Below, one piece after another: positions 44,455 to 54,607 of a stretch of DNA of 64,000 nt (positions are counted from its first letter, which is position 1; each line of letters starts with the position of its first letter). The notes beneath the pieces were generated by a model. It had not been told where the DNA came from. It made no database searches and saw only the letters and a list, made by a program, of their open reading frames with translations. Source of the DNA: Desulfatiglandales bacterium. Lineage in GTDB: Bacteria > Desulfobacterota > DSM-4660 > Desulfatiglandales > Desulfatiglandaceae. The DNA is taken from assembly GCA_963662465.1 (NCBI GenBank), contig OY759599.1, forward strand, positions 672,001-736,000, given 5' to 3'. Position numbers and translations under genes: made by a program.

Positions 44455-45135
44455 CCATTTGACCCTTATTTTTCCACAAAGGAAAAAGGGACCCAAAAGG
44501 GCATGGGCCTGGGTCTCACCACCGCCTATGCGGTGGTTCAAAAACATGGCGGCCATATGATGGTCAATTCCAAAACCGGGGTGGGAACCACCGTAACCAT
44601 TTACCTGCCCGCCGAATACGCGGAGAGCAAAGCGCCAGGTGCAAAGGGTGATGATGTTGGAGCCCAATCAACAATCGCCAATCAGCAATCAGCAATCCGA
44701 AGAATCCTGGTTATGGACGATGAGGAGAGCCTCAGGACCCTGGCCCAAAAGATGTTGAAGCGGTTGGAGTATGAAACGGAGACCGTCAAGGACGGCACGG
44801 AAGCCCTTGAAAAATACCAAAAGCACATGGATTCGGGAGAACTCTTTGACGCGGTCCTTCTGGATTTGACCATCAAGGGCGGAATGGGTGGCGAGCAGGC
44901 CATTAAGGAACTGATCAAGATTGATCCCCATGCCCGGGCCATCGAATGCAGCGGCTATTTTAATGCCCCGGTCATGGCCCGTTATGGGGAATATGGTTTT
45001 CGGGGGGCCATGGCGAAACCTTATCAGAAGGCCGATCTTGAGGGGGTTTTAAAAAAGGTCCCGGGCGCCCGTGCAGCCAATAACGGCGAGGTTAATAAAA
45101 GAAGGGGTTCGCCGGTGTGGGGACTGAATGGATAA
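44455..45135 (+). pseudogene. 3' fragment of a second hybrid kinase (end of HATPase + REC)
   Basis: Begins abruptly at PFDPYFSTKEKGTQKGMGLGL; ILVMDDEE, LDLTIKGGMGG. Confidence 0.8.
44665..44697. repeat. Degenerate heptamer repeat CAATC(AA/GC/AG) in the kinase linker
   Basis: CAATCAA CAATCGC CAATCAG CAATCAG CAATC. Confidence 0.8.
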
Positions 45136-45225
45136 AAATTCCAAATACGATTGTATTTTTCTTGATATTTTTCATTTTTACAGTTACGTATGGAAATATT
45201 TTAAAATATATGCTTAGGTTCGGTT

Positions 45226-46527
45226 ATGATTGAAATCCTAAGGAAGTACAATTTTTGGAACGCGCCGCCGGTCAACATCGGTTTTCCACGGGATTCGTAT
45301 GTGAACGTCCTTTCAGGATATCTGGATAACGCGCTCGTTAAAGTCATCCTTGGACAGCGGCGGGTGGGTAAGAGTTATCTGATCCGAATGTTTATTGAGC
45401 ACCTGATCACCGAAAGAAAAGTGCCGCCCGAAAACATCCTCTACATCAATAAAGATATTTATGCTTTTGATTTCATTAATGACAGCCAAACGCTTCAGGC
45501 GGCCATAGACGAATATCGAAAACAGCTTAAACCAAAAGGGACGATTTACATTTTTCTGGATGAAATTCAGGAAATTGACAATTGGGAAAAGGTGGTCAAT
45601 TCCCTTTCCCAGGATTATACCACCTCCTGTGAGGTTTTCATCACCGGGTCAAACGCGAAACTTCTTTCCGGTGAAATGGCAACTTATTTGAGCGGCAGGT
45701 ATTTGACCATTTTGGTTTTCCCGTTCAGTTTTCCCGAGTTCCTCGGCATCAACAGGATCGGAAACACAAAAGCATCTTTTATTTCTTATCTTGAATCAGG
45801 TGGTATTCCGGAGAGCTACCGGCTTTCGGACCGGGAAATGAAGACGAACTATTACAGAAGCCTGATGGATTCCATTGTATTAAGAGATATTGTTTACCGC
45901 CACAAGGTGAGGGATGTGGCCTTGCTGGAAAGGCTGATCCATTTCCTGATCGATTCGGTGGGCAGCTTTTTCTCCATCAAGTCCGTTGTGGGCGCTTTAA
46001 AGCATGCCGGTTGCCGCACCAATGGGGAAACCGTGGGATCCTATTTGAAGTTCCTGCAGGATGCTTATTTCATTCATGAATCCATGAGGTATGATATCAA
46101 GGGCAAAAAGATATTGACCGGTGAGCGAAAGTACTACCTGAATGACCTTGGCTTCAAATATTTTTTATCCAGCTCCTTTGATTTCGGTATTGGTAAATAT
46201 CTTGAAAATGCGGTTTTCATGCAATTAAAAAGAGAAGGGTATTCTGTTTATACAGGGCGGATCAAAGGCCGTGAAATTGATTTTATTGCAGAAAAAAACA
46301 ACATCAAAAAGTACGTTCAGGTGGCTTATCTCCTGCCTGATGATGCGGTGTTGGAGCGGGAATTCGGGAACCTTAAATTGATTGATGATAATTTTGAGAA
46401 GATGGTTGTTTCAATGGATGACGTGAGTTTTGGAAACAGAGGCGGTATTCTTCACGTGAAGGCATGGGATTTTATGATGGCGCCCAATAGCGGGTTGCGG
46501 GAATCATATACTCATAATTATGAATAA
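45226..46527 (+). CDS. AAA family ATP-binding protein with DUF4143-type C-terminus
   Basis: GQRRVGKS, IFLDEIQ, ITGSNA, KYYLNDLG, EIDFIA. Confidence 0.9.
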   Translation: MIEILRKYNFWNAPPVNIGFPRDSYVNVLSGYLDNALVKVILGQRRVGKSYLIRMFIEHLITERKVPPENILYINKDIYAFDFINDSQTLQAAIDEYRKQLKPKGTIYIFLDEIQEIDNWEKVVNSLSQDYTTSCEVFITGSNAKLLSGEMATYLSGRYLTILVFPFSFPEFLGINRIGNTKASFISYLESGGIPESYRLSDREMKTNYYRSLMDSIVLRDIVYRHKVRDVALLERLIHFLIDSVGSFFSIKSVVGALKHAGCRTNGETVGSYLKFLQDAYFIHESMRYDIKGKKILTGERKYYLNDLGFKYFLSSSFDFGIGKYLENAVFMQLKREGYSVYTGRIKGREIDFIAEKNNIKKYVQVAYLLPDDAVLEREFGNLKLIDDNFEKMVVSMDDVSFGNRGGILHVKAWDFMMAPNSGLRESYTHNYE

Positions 46528-46721
46528 ATATACCTGAACTCTTTTCAGCCGAGTTCGAAATAAGAAAAAATGCTCTTGAAAACAAGAATAGCGTGAATCA
46601 GACATGGCCGCTTAGACACCTGCACGCCACCGATAACGATCTTTGAATTCATCTGTTTGTTCATAAGATCTTCGTTTTGCCAATTGCATCGCTTTCGTGA
46701 GAAGGCTCCACTTCGATGAAC

Positions 46722-46990
46722 AGAGTCAATCCTCTGGTTTTCGATATTGGAATTGAAAAGCAGTGCCGGTTTATTTGTAAAACGATCAAACACCATTGTA
46801 TCCAGAGACTTTTCAGTAACGATCTGACGCATATTCCACAAGGTTTTTGCACACATATACTTAGAGGCATCTGATTCATCAGTAATATTAAGAGCATAGT
46901 GCCACTGAATATTAAAAGCCGGCTGGTTTACGGTTTCATCGTCGGTGACGTCATGCGCTTGCTGGAGGAGTAGAACTCCAAGTACAGGGA
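46722..46990 (-). mobile_element. DDE transposase fragment (IS5/IS1182-like, DUF772 region)
   Basis: VLLLQQAHDVTDDETV...FNIQWHYAL...QRIDSVH; truncated at both ends. Confidence 0.65.
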
Positions 46991-47068
46991 GGTTATGGGG
47001 GGTAATAGCCTTTTTCGCATATGAGCTCAAAAATCCGATTTAATTTAAAAGCATAGGAATCCATTTTT

Positions 47069-48574
47069 GTGGCATATCAAATAGTTGTTGCAGTGAGTGG
47101 CATTAAATGTGTCAAAAAAAGCACATTATGCATATGCCATCAAACCAAAAAATTGATGACTTTCCGGACGATTTTTATTGATCATTGGGAATCATTCAAA
47201 GAGCATCATCCAGGGTATGATAATTCGCAATATGATCCGGTTCAGAAAATGCTTGGTTGCGGCAAGGAAAGCGCCGGATATAGCGAGCACCGGTGTGTTT
47301 ATTGCGGTGGTGATGTTCGCCGGATAGGTTTTAGTTGCAAGAGCTGTTTTTGTTTATCCTGCGCCAAGAAATATGTTGACGATTTTGTCAGTCAAGTGAG
47401 TAGGGTGCTTCATGGGGGCATGAATTACCGTCACATTGTTTTGACAATTCCCGAGCAACTGAGAATCGTTTTTTATAAGGCTCGAAATGATGGACGTTTG
47501 TTATCGGCTTTTATGAGATGCGGGTACGAATGTTTGGAGGATGTTGTCGGAACGGTTCTTCGGCGGAAACTGAAAATAGGAACGATCGTCGTTGTTCAAA
47601 CGCATGGTCGATCCGGTCATTATAATCCGCATTTGCATATCATCATGACAAGCGGTGGGATAAATGAAGATCTGTGCGGTTGGTTTGATTTAAGGTTCTT
47701 CAAGTATGAGATTATACATAAGAAATGGCAGTATCATCTATTCAGAATGCTCAAGTCCCATTTTAACAGCAGTGCGGTCGATAAACTTATTGATGAGCTG
47801 TGGAAAAAATACCCTAATGCTTAAAGGTTTGGTAGCCAATGTGAGCAAGGGTAATGTTCCTGAGACATGTGGGGGTCTGGCGCGATATTTGGCGAAATAT
47901 GTTGCATCTCCTCCGATAGCTCTGAGACGGATAATCAGTTATGATGGCAATATGTTACCTATTGGTACAATGATCACATGACAAAATCCAGGAAGGTTGA
48001 AACCGTGGAAGTGGATGTTTTTATCGGTCGAATGGTTCAACACATAATGCCCAAAGGGTTCCAGCGGGTTCGTTATTATGGGCTACAGGCTACGAAAACT
48101 TTTAAGAAATGGTCGGAAGTAATACGGAAAGGGATGAAGGCTTTGGGGCGTGGGATTAAAGGAACGTATCAAGTCGTAAAAGCGAAAAGATATCGAGAAC
48201 GTTATAAGGAGATCAGCTCTCAAGATCCTTTTTTGTGTCGTTATTGTGGCCATGAAATGGTGCTATGGAAGATATGGCATCCAAAATATGGAGTTTTATA
48301 TGACGAATATGAAAACATCAAAACGACAGGTACGGCACGGTTACAGGACTTGACCCCTGGAAGGCGAGGACTTCCCGTTCGGCCATCCTCCGGAGGAAAT
48401 CCTTACCGTTGTTCCCATTGCCGGCATGAAATGAAGGTTCCGCCGATAATAGATCGGATTGCAAAAGCAGAATATGAAGGAAGGAATGTGGAAGGCTTTA
48501 TGCCCATTCTCGGTTGCCCTCAGTGCAATCGAGAAACAATGAAATATGCGCAAGGTAGAAAGCCCGCGCGTTAG
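47069..48574 (+). mobile_element. IS91-family (Y2/HUH) transposase, frameshifted pseudogene
   Basis: Zn-binding SCKSCFCLSC, HIVLTIP, YNPHLH (HUH), YLAKY (Y2), QRVRYYGL split over three frames. Confidence 0.88.
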
Positions 48575-48724
48575 CGCGCTAAGTTCAGAATGTGAAAAGG
48601 GAGTGGCAGGATAAGATTATGGCAGTCATTTTTCGGAAAGGGTCATGAGGCGAAGTGGGGATAAACAGGCATCGGATCAGAGGATACTTACTTGATGCTT
48701 TCGCTTGTCTGAGGATGAACCGGA

Positions 48725-49354
48725 CTAAGACGACTTGGACTTGCCCCCTTCCGCGTACATCTTGAAAAACCGTTTTTCCGCCTCATCGGTGCCGATGATA
48801 ATTAATTCATTGTTCTCAAAAAGGCAGACCGAGGGGTCTGGATTTATGATCATCTTCCCATCCTGTCAAGGGTCGCCCGGCTGATGATCTGGATATCGGG
48901 CCGCAATCTTCGACAGTAGATGGTTAAATAGATATTGGTGATCGTGGTTGGTCAGAATGACATGCCCTTTCATCTCCTCGGACACTTTTCGAGGCGCGCC
49001 GGCTTTGGTCTGAGCCTCCAGCCATGGTGCGTAAAAAAACTGGATGAAAGTGAAGGGGAGCATGATGAGAAGCAATATGATGCCGGACAGAAGCACAACC
49101 ATGGAGAACAGCTTTCCCAGGTCCGAATGAAAGGTGATATCCCCGAAACCAAGGGTGGACATGACCGTAAGGGTCCAGTAAAAACCTGTAATCCAACTGA
49201 ATTTCTTGTCTTCCAGGACCATCAGAAAATGAAACAGAACACTGTAGACGCTGATCATGGTGACCAGGAGAAGAAGAAACTTCAATAACATCCTGATGTT
49301 TCGCTCACTGGTTCCGGTGAGCATATAAACGAACTGTCCAAATAGGAATTTCAT
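48725..49354 (-). pseudogene. K+ channel with RCK/TrkA domains, two internal deletions
   Basis: TVMSTLGFGD pore; then out-of-frame TNIYLTIYCRRLRPDIQIISRAT and DGKMIINPDP...IIIGTDEAEKRF*. Confidence 0.8.
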
Positions 49355-49520
49355 GATCCTATCTCTCCGTCCCTGTTTTCAGTGAGGGCCAGAATGAATA
49401 ATATAATCAGTCGCCCATCATGGCTTCGCCGATGGGAAAGAGCCCGATTTCAAGTTTTTCGGCCATATGCCCTCGACACCTGTTTGAAGATGATGGTCCC
49501 GGTATTGTATCAAAGGTTTA

Positions 49521-49536
49521 AGCAAAAAGCACGCCA
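49521..49536 (-). promoter_or_regulatory. sigma54 promoter upstream of the K+ channel pseudogene
   Basis: Minus strand TGGCGT-GCTTT-TTGCT. Confidence 0.55.
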
Positions 49537-49812
49537 CAAACTAAGATCCCATGCAGATTTGAAGGATGTGAAAAAAGTTTCACGCGGAATCGAAACCACT
49601 GGTTCTAATTCCGATCCGTTTCGATTGACTGTCATGACTTTGGCTATGCCGTAGGACTCCGCATGATCAAAATACCTAAAAAGAGCCCTTTACACCGACT
49701 CTTAATTATTGTAGGCGAGATGAAAGCCGTGTTGAATCTGACAATCTTCCAAAGTCAAAGTGTTTGAGAGACATTTTGGCTTTTCACCGAAAAGGATTTA
49801 CCAAATACCCCT

Positions 49813-50832
49813 ATGCGCTTTCGTGGACCAAAACTTATCGGCCTTGCGGCAGTCACCCTATGGGCACTTTTGACCCTTTCCCTTACAGGGGCATTCGGCC
49901 AGGTCGTCAGTCTTCAATTTGAGAATGACTTCTTTGGAGGTGATTCGGATAAACATTTTAGCCACGGCACGCGCATGGAATGGTTGAGCAGTCCCATAGG
50001 GTGGCTAACTGATGAGGTCGACCGGATCCAGTGGCTTGGTTTTCAAAAGAAAACCCCCGATTCCGCCGACGCCCTTGAAACCCGTGTGAGTCTGTCCATG
50101 GGCCAGAACATTTACACCCCGGAGGATACGACGGCGGTGCAATGGGTTCCCCATGACAGGCCCTATGCGGGTTGGCTCTATTTGGGTTTTGGGCTGGAGG
50201 CCAACCAGGGAAGTAAACGGTGTGACAAATTTGGCTTGGAAATCGGCATGGTGGGTCCCGATTCATTCGCTGAGGATACGCAGCGTTTCTGGCATTCCCT
50301 TCTTGGTCTGGATATTCCCAAAGGTTGGGACAACCAATTAAATAACGAACCGGGCCTTGTTCTTTTCTATGAACAGATTCGGCGCTATGAGGTTCAAGAT
50401 CTGTTCTGGGGCCTGAATTTTGATCTGCTGCCAAACGCAGGGGGTGCCTTCGGCAATGTGTTCACCTACGCGGAGGCAGGGCTGGCCCTTCGTCTTGGCT
50501 CAGACCTGAGCCATGATTTCGGTTCTCCCCGTATTCGCCCCGGCCTTCCCGGAAGCAGCTATTTCCGCCCGAAAAAAGGGTTTCTCTGGTATGTGTTTGC
50601 GGGGTTCCAGGGGCGCGCCGTACTCCGAAACATCTTTCTCGATGGAAATACCTTCACAGACAGTCATTCCGTGGAAAAAAAGCCCTTTGTGGGAGATATC
50701 CAGGCCGGGATTGTGGCTCAGTGGGATTCTTTTCGTATCACCTATACACAGGTATTGCGCAGCAAGGAGTTCGACGATCAAGACGTTTCCGATATCTTCG
50801 GTTCCCTCAGCCTCTCCTACCATTTTGAGTAA
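49813..50832 (+). CDS. Lipid A 3'-O-deacylase LpxR family
   Basis: Signal peptide, FENDFF, GQNIYTP, DRPYAGWL, NIFLDGN, beta-barrel C-terminus. Confidence 0.88.
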   Translation: MRFRGPKLIGLAAVTLWALLTLSLTGAFGQVVSLQFENDFFGGDSDKHFSHGTRMEWLSSPIGWLTDEVDRIQWLGFQKKTPDSADALETRVSLSMGQNIYTPEDTTAVQWVPHDRPYAGWLYLGFGLEANQGSKRCDKFGLEIGMVGPDSFAEDTQRFWHSLLGLDIPKGWDNQLNNEPGLVLFYEQIRRYEVQDLFWGLNFDLLPNAGGAFGNVFTYAEAGLALRLGSDLSHDFGSPRIRPGLPGSSYFRPKKGFLWYVFAGFQGRAVLRNIFLDGNTFTDSHSVEKKPFVGDIQAGIVAQWDSFRITYTQVLRSKEFDDQDVSDIFGSLSLSYHFE

Positions 50833-50849
50833 GCAAAGATTTGGGTTCC

Positions 50850-51174
50850 TGGTATTGCTTTCGCCTGTTTGCTTGGCAATCTCCCAGTGGGGATCATCGG
50901 TAATGAAAACCTGCACGTCGGCCTCGATTCGCGCTGTTTCAAGGATTTCACGCAGTTCCATGTCCATATTCTTGGAGTCGCCTTTCAGCGGCAGGGTGCA
51001 TAGAATGCGTATCCGGCGGCGGCGCCATTCATGGCTCTGTACCAAGAGGTGGGCCATCAGAAGGGCGAGGGCCCCGTGCTTCGGCCCGCGCCACCAGATA
51101 TCCACCGTCCCCGCGGGCGCCGTCCAGCGATCTTTTTCCTCGTCGCATTTCACAATGAGAATGCTCCGTCTCAT
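50850..51174 (-). pseudogene. C-terminal fragment of an amino acid permease / cation-chloride cotransporter (SLC12-like)
   Basis: GTVDIWWRG..GALALLMAHLL...W...IRI motif without the membrane domain. Confidence 0.65.
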
Positions 51175-51197
51175 CGGTGCTGATTATCATTGAACCG

Positions 51198-52658
51198 TCA
51201 CCTTTGAATCGACCTGTAAATGTCGATATATTCTTTCGCCGACCGATCCCAGGAAAAGTCCATTGTCATGGCGTTATGCATCAATTGATCCCGGTGTGTG
51301 CGGTCCCGGTAAAGGTCCACCGCCTGCAAGATGGCGCTCAGAAAAGCTTTGGAATCATAGGGGTAAAACTTGAAACCATTTCCTTTCCCGGTCGCTTTAT
51401 CAAAAGGGGAAACGGTGTCTTCCAGCCCCCCCGTGCCCCTTACCACGGGAATGGTTCCATATTTCATTGCATACAATTGGGTCAGACCACAGGGTTCGTA
51501 GCGGGAGGGCATCAGAAGGATATCGGCGCCCGCGATGATGCGATGGGCCAGGTTTCCGTCAAATCCGTACCGCAGGGCGATGCGACCGGGAAATCGGACG
51601 CGGGCCGCCTCAAGGGCTTTTTCGACCCACTCATTCCCCGAACCCAGGATCACCAGGCCGGCGCCCGTTTCCATGATGTCGTCCACGATGGACACCAGGA
51701 GATCAAATCCCTTTTGACCGTCCATGCGGCTAATCATGCACAACAGCGGCCTTTCCGTCCCATTTGAATCCAGTTGCAGCTCTTCCATCAGTACTGTCTT
51801 GCACCGTTGTTTGCCGCCAGGGTCCTTCACACTGTAGTGGGCGGCAATATGCGGGTCCGTTTCCGGGCGCCAGATGGTATAATCCACGCCGTTCAGGATA
51901 CCGCGAACATCTCCCCCCCGGTGTCTGAGAATGCCCGCCATGCTCATCCCCTGGTGGTCGGTCTGGATTTCTTTCGCATAGGTGGGGCTCACCGTTGTAA
52001 CGGCATGGGCGTAAACGATTCCTGATTTGAGCAGACTGAAATTGCCCCAGATTTCCAGTCCGTCGGTGTGAAAGAATTGGGAATGGGACAGGCCGGTCAC
52101 CGGCAATCGATCTCCTCCGAAGGACCCCTGATAGGCCAGATTGTGAATGGTGAATACGGTGGGCATTCCCGAAAGGTTGGGCCAGTCGGCGTAGGGTCCC
52201 TTCAGCAGGGCGGGGATGAGCCCCGTCTGCCAGTCGTGGAGGTGCATGACATCAGGCCTTACGGAGAGTTGATTGGCCAGTCGCAGGGCGCCGTGACAGA
52301 AAAAGGAGAACCTCTCCAGGTTGTCGTAGTAATCCCCATGACGATTCCCATAAAGGTTGGGCCGATTAAAAAGGTCTTCCCGATCGATGAGATAGACCCG
52401 GATCCCTTCGGGGGTCAGGGTTTCCAGCACATTGGCTTTAAGGGTTGCATATCCTAAGGGGACATCCATATCGGTTATCATGGGACGCCAGGAATAGCCG
52501 CTTTCGAGAATCGTTCGGTATGCCGGCAGTACCAGCGTCGTCTCCACTCCCCGGTGGGCCAGTGCCGGGGGTAAGGCCCCCGCCACATCGGCCAGTCCGC
52601 CGGTTTTGGCAAAGGGGACGGCCTCGGGGGAGATCATGAGAATTTTAAGTTCAGCCAA
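51198..52658 (-). CDS. glgA: Glycogen synthase
   Basis: PFAKTGGLADV, HDWQT, TIHNLAYQG, PSRYEPCGL; TTG start with GGAGGA RBS. Confidence 0.95.
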   Translation of the reverse strand: MAELKILMISPEAVPFAKTGGLADVAGALPPALAHRGVETTLVLPAYRTILESGYSWRPMITDMDVPLGYATLKANVLETLTPEGIRVYLIDREDLFNRPNLYGNRHGDYYDNLERFSFFCHGALRLANQLSVRPDVMHLHDWQTGLIPALLKGPYADWPNLSGMPTVFTIHNLAYQGSFGGDRLPVTGLSHSQFFHTDGLEIWGNFSLLKSGIVYAHAVTTVSPTYAKEIQTDHQGMSMAGILRHRGGDVRGILNGVDYTIWRPETDPHIAAHYSVKDPGGKQRCKTVLMEELQLDSNGTERPLLCMISRMDGQKGFDLLVSIVDDIMETGAGLVILGSGNEWVEKALEAARVRFPGRIALRYGFDGNLAHRIIAGADILLMPSRYEPCGLTQLYAMKYGTIPVVRGTGGLEDTVSPFDKATGKGNGFKFYPYDSKAFLSAILQAVDLYRDRTHRDQLMHNAMTMDFSWDRSAKEYIDIYRSIQR

Positions 52659-52674
52659 ACGTTTTCCTCCTGAA

Positions 52675-53937
52675 TTATGCCTTGGGTTTCGCCTTTTGGG
52701 CGGATTTTTCGTCCCAGACCTTGAGCAGGTAGCCCTTGTTGGCTTCAAACTTGACGGCCTGGTCCTCCACCAGTTTTTCAGCCTCCCGGGAACTCATGTC
52801 CCAGCTTTCCCGAACAAAGGAAGCCACCCGGGCATAGTAGAGGGGCGTCATCACATCCAGAAGCTTCATGCGGTTGATGTCCCATAGATGAAAGGTGGCG
52901 GCCAGTTCATAGAGCATTTCCACCCATGCTTCCGTGCGCAGGTGAAAATCGGTGGCATCCATTTTAGCGGTCTTTTCGATTTCAGCCAAACAGTCTTTTG
53001 AGAAGATGCTCTTCCAGAAAGGGGAGAACTGGTTGTGTCCCGCCTTGAACAGTTCGATGAGACCCTCCAGGTTCACCTTGACGGGCTCTGGCTCCAGGCT
53101 TCCCTCAAAGCCGAAGGTCTCCACGGGCTCGCTGCCTTCGATGCGTTTCCAGTAGGATTCGTATCGCTCCATCTGGGAAAAGAGGGCGGAGAGGACCTGG
53201 CGGAACATGGGACCCAGGTGCTGGCCCGGGTCCTTGGCATCGTGGATTTTAACCCCCAGGTTGGACTGGCAGATGCGAAACCCCTGGGTGATGGCGCTGG
53301 TGGTCATCCAGATGTCGATGCCGAAGCGGGCCACGTCCGTGTCCCACACATTCTGTTCAATGTAGAATTTGGCCAGGTCGCCGGAAATGGCAAAATCCCC
53401 GCCGATGGGCTGGCGGATGCGTTTACCGTAGAGGGCGCGGGTCAGGTTGTAGACGATATTGTTGGTAATGGTGCCGTCGTACTTGTGCCGGACGTACACG
53501 GGCGCCACGAACTGGTAATCTTTTTCCAGTACCGGGTTCAGCAGGTATTTCACCCAGTCCGGGGTGATGCTGCGGAGATCCGAATCCACCATGGCGCAGA
53601 CCCGGACACCGAGCCGGTCTGCGGCCTCGAAAAGGGATCGCAGGGCGGTTCCCTTGCCCCCCGGTCCCCGGTAAATGGAAACCAGTTTTTCCTGCCAGGG
53701 TTTCAATTCAAATTCCTTGGCCGCCTCCCGCGTGTCGTCGGTGGAGCCGCCGTCGGCTACGAAAATCACGCTGCGCATTCCCTTGTAATGGGTGGCCAGA
53801 CCATGGCTTACCATCTGGATTACGTGGGCGATGGTGGTTTCGTTGTTAAAGCAGGGGATGCCCACCAGAACGTCGGCGGACTCAATTTCCTCGATTCGCT
53901 TGGATGTGTAGGCCCGCAGGGCCGTGTCGTATTGCAT
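52675..53937 (-). CDS. GT-A glycosyltransferase, glucosylglycerate synthase (Ggs)-like
   Basis: VGIPCFNN, DGGSTD, GKGTAL, DSDLRSI, RHKYDGTITN, RQPIGGDF, FGIDIWMT. Confidence 0.7.
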   Translation of the reverse strand: MQYDTALRAYTSKRIEEIESADVLVGIPCFNNETTIAHVIQMVSHGLATHYKGMRSVIFVADGGSTDDTREAAKEFELKPWQEKLVSIYRGPGGKGTALRSLFEAADRLGVRVCAMVDSDLRSITPDWVKYLLNPVLEKDYQFVAPVYVRHKYDGTITNNIVYNLTRALYGKRIRQPIGGDFAISGDLAKFYIEQNVWDTDVARFGIDIWMTTSAITQGFRICQSNLGVKIHDAKDPGQHLGPMFRQVLSALFSQMERYESYWKRIEGSEPVETFGFEGSLEPEPVKVNLEGLIELFKAGHNQFSPFWKSIFSKDCLAEIEKTAKMDATDFHLRTEAWVEMLYELAATFHLWDINRMKLLDVMTPLYYARVASFVRESWDMSSREAEKLVEDQAVKFEANKGYLLKVWDEKSAQKAKPKA

Positions 53938-54112
53938 GGTTTCACCTCCGTGCGCATGTTTTTGTGAAAACTCAATGTCGGAATGATTTTAAAGTGTTTT
54001 TCACCCTAAAAGCACCGATATCCCTTAATACCCTTAACAGTATCCTGGGATGATTGCAACAGGCTTTATAATGATCGGCCATGTAATCGAGCCCGCATGT
54101 CAACCCGCGGGG

Positions 54113-54583
54113 TTATTTCGGTAAGTTAACAGCTTTATAATGCTTGAGAAGATCAACGATGGTGAGGTCCGCTACAACCCTTTCCTCATCGTCCAGTATG
54201 GGAATCTCCTTGATGTTGTGGTCGATCATGCGTTGGAGTACGTCTTCAACGTCCTCGGAATATACGGCAAACATGGGTTCCCGCTGCATGAAGTCGCCGG
54301 CGGTTTCCGAGACAACCATGCTTACGAGACTTCGAGAATCAATGGACGGATCGTGGTAATGGAAAAAAACGTACCGGATCATATTTCCCAGGGAGAGGAT
54401 GCCTCTGAATTTCAATTCGTCATCCACGACGTACAGAATTCGCGAGTGATCCGACGCGGCAAAAGCATCTATGATTTCATTAACCGTCGCTCGCTTGTTG
54501 ACCACTGGGATTTTACGCTGTTTCAGTTGTTCCACCAAATCGGCAATTTTACCCAGACTCTTTTTGTCCTTTGCCGCTGCCAT
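54113..54583 (-). CDS. Stand-alone CBS-pair protein
   Basis: LYVVDD..FRGILS and IKEIPILDDEERVVADL. Confidence 0.88.
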   Translation of the reverse strand: MAAAKDKKSLGKIADLVEQLKQRKIPVVNKRATVNEIIDAFAASDHSRILYVVDDELKFRGILSLGNMIRYVFFHYHDPSIDSRSLVSMVVSETAGDFMQREPMFAVYSEDVEDVLQRMIDHNIKEIPILDDEERVVADLTIVDLLKHYKAVNLPK

Positions 54584-54607
54584 CTTGCGTCCTCCTGTTG
54601 CTTTTCA

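Noticed and set aside
45226..46527. AAA-DUF4143 gene as a novel defence system
   Set aside because: Common solitary gene family with no partner genes here; nothing in the sequence supports a multi-gene system.
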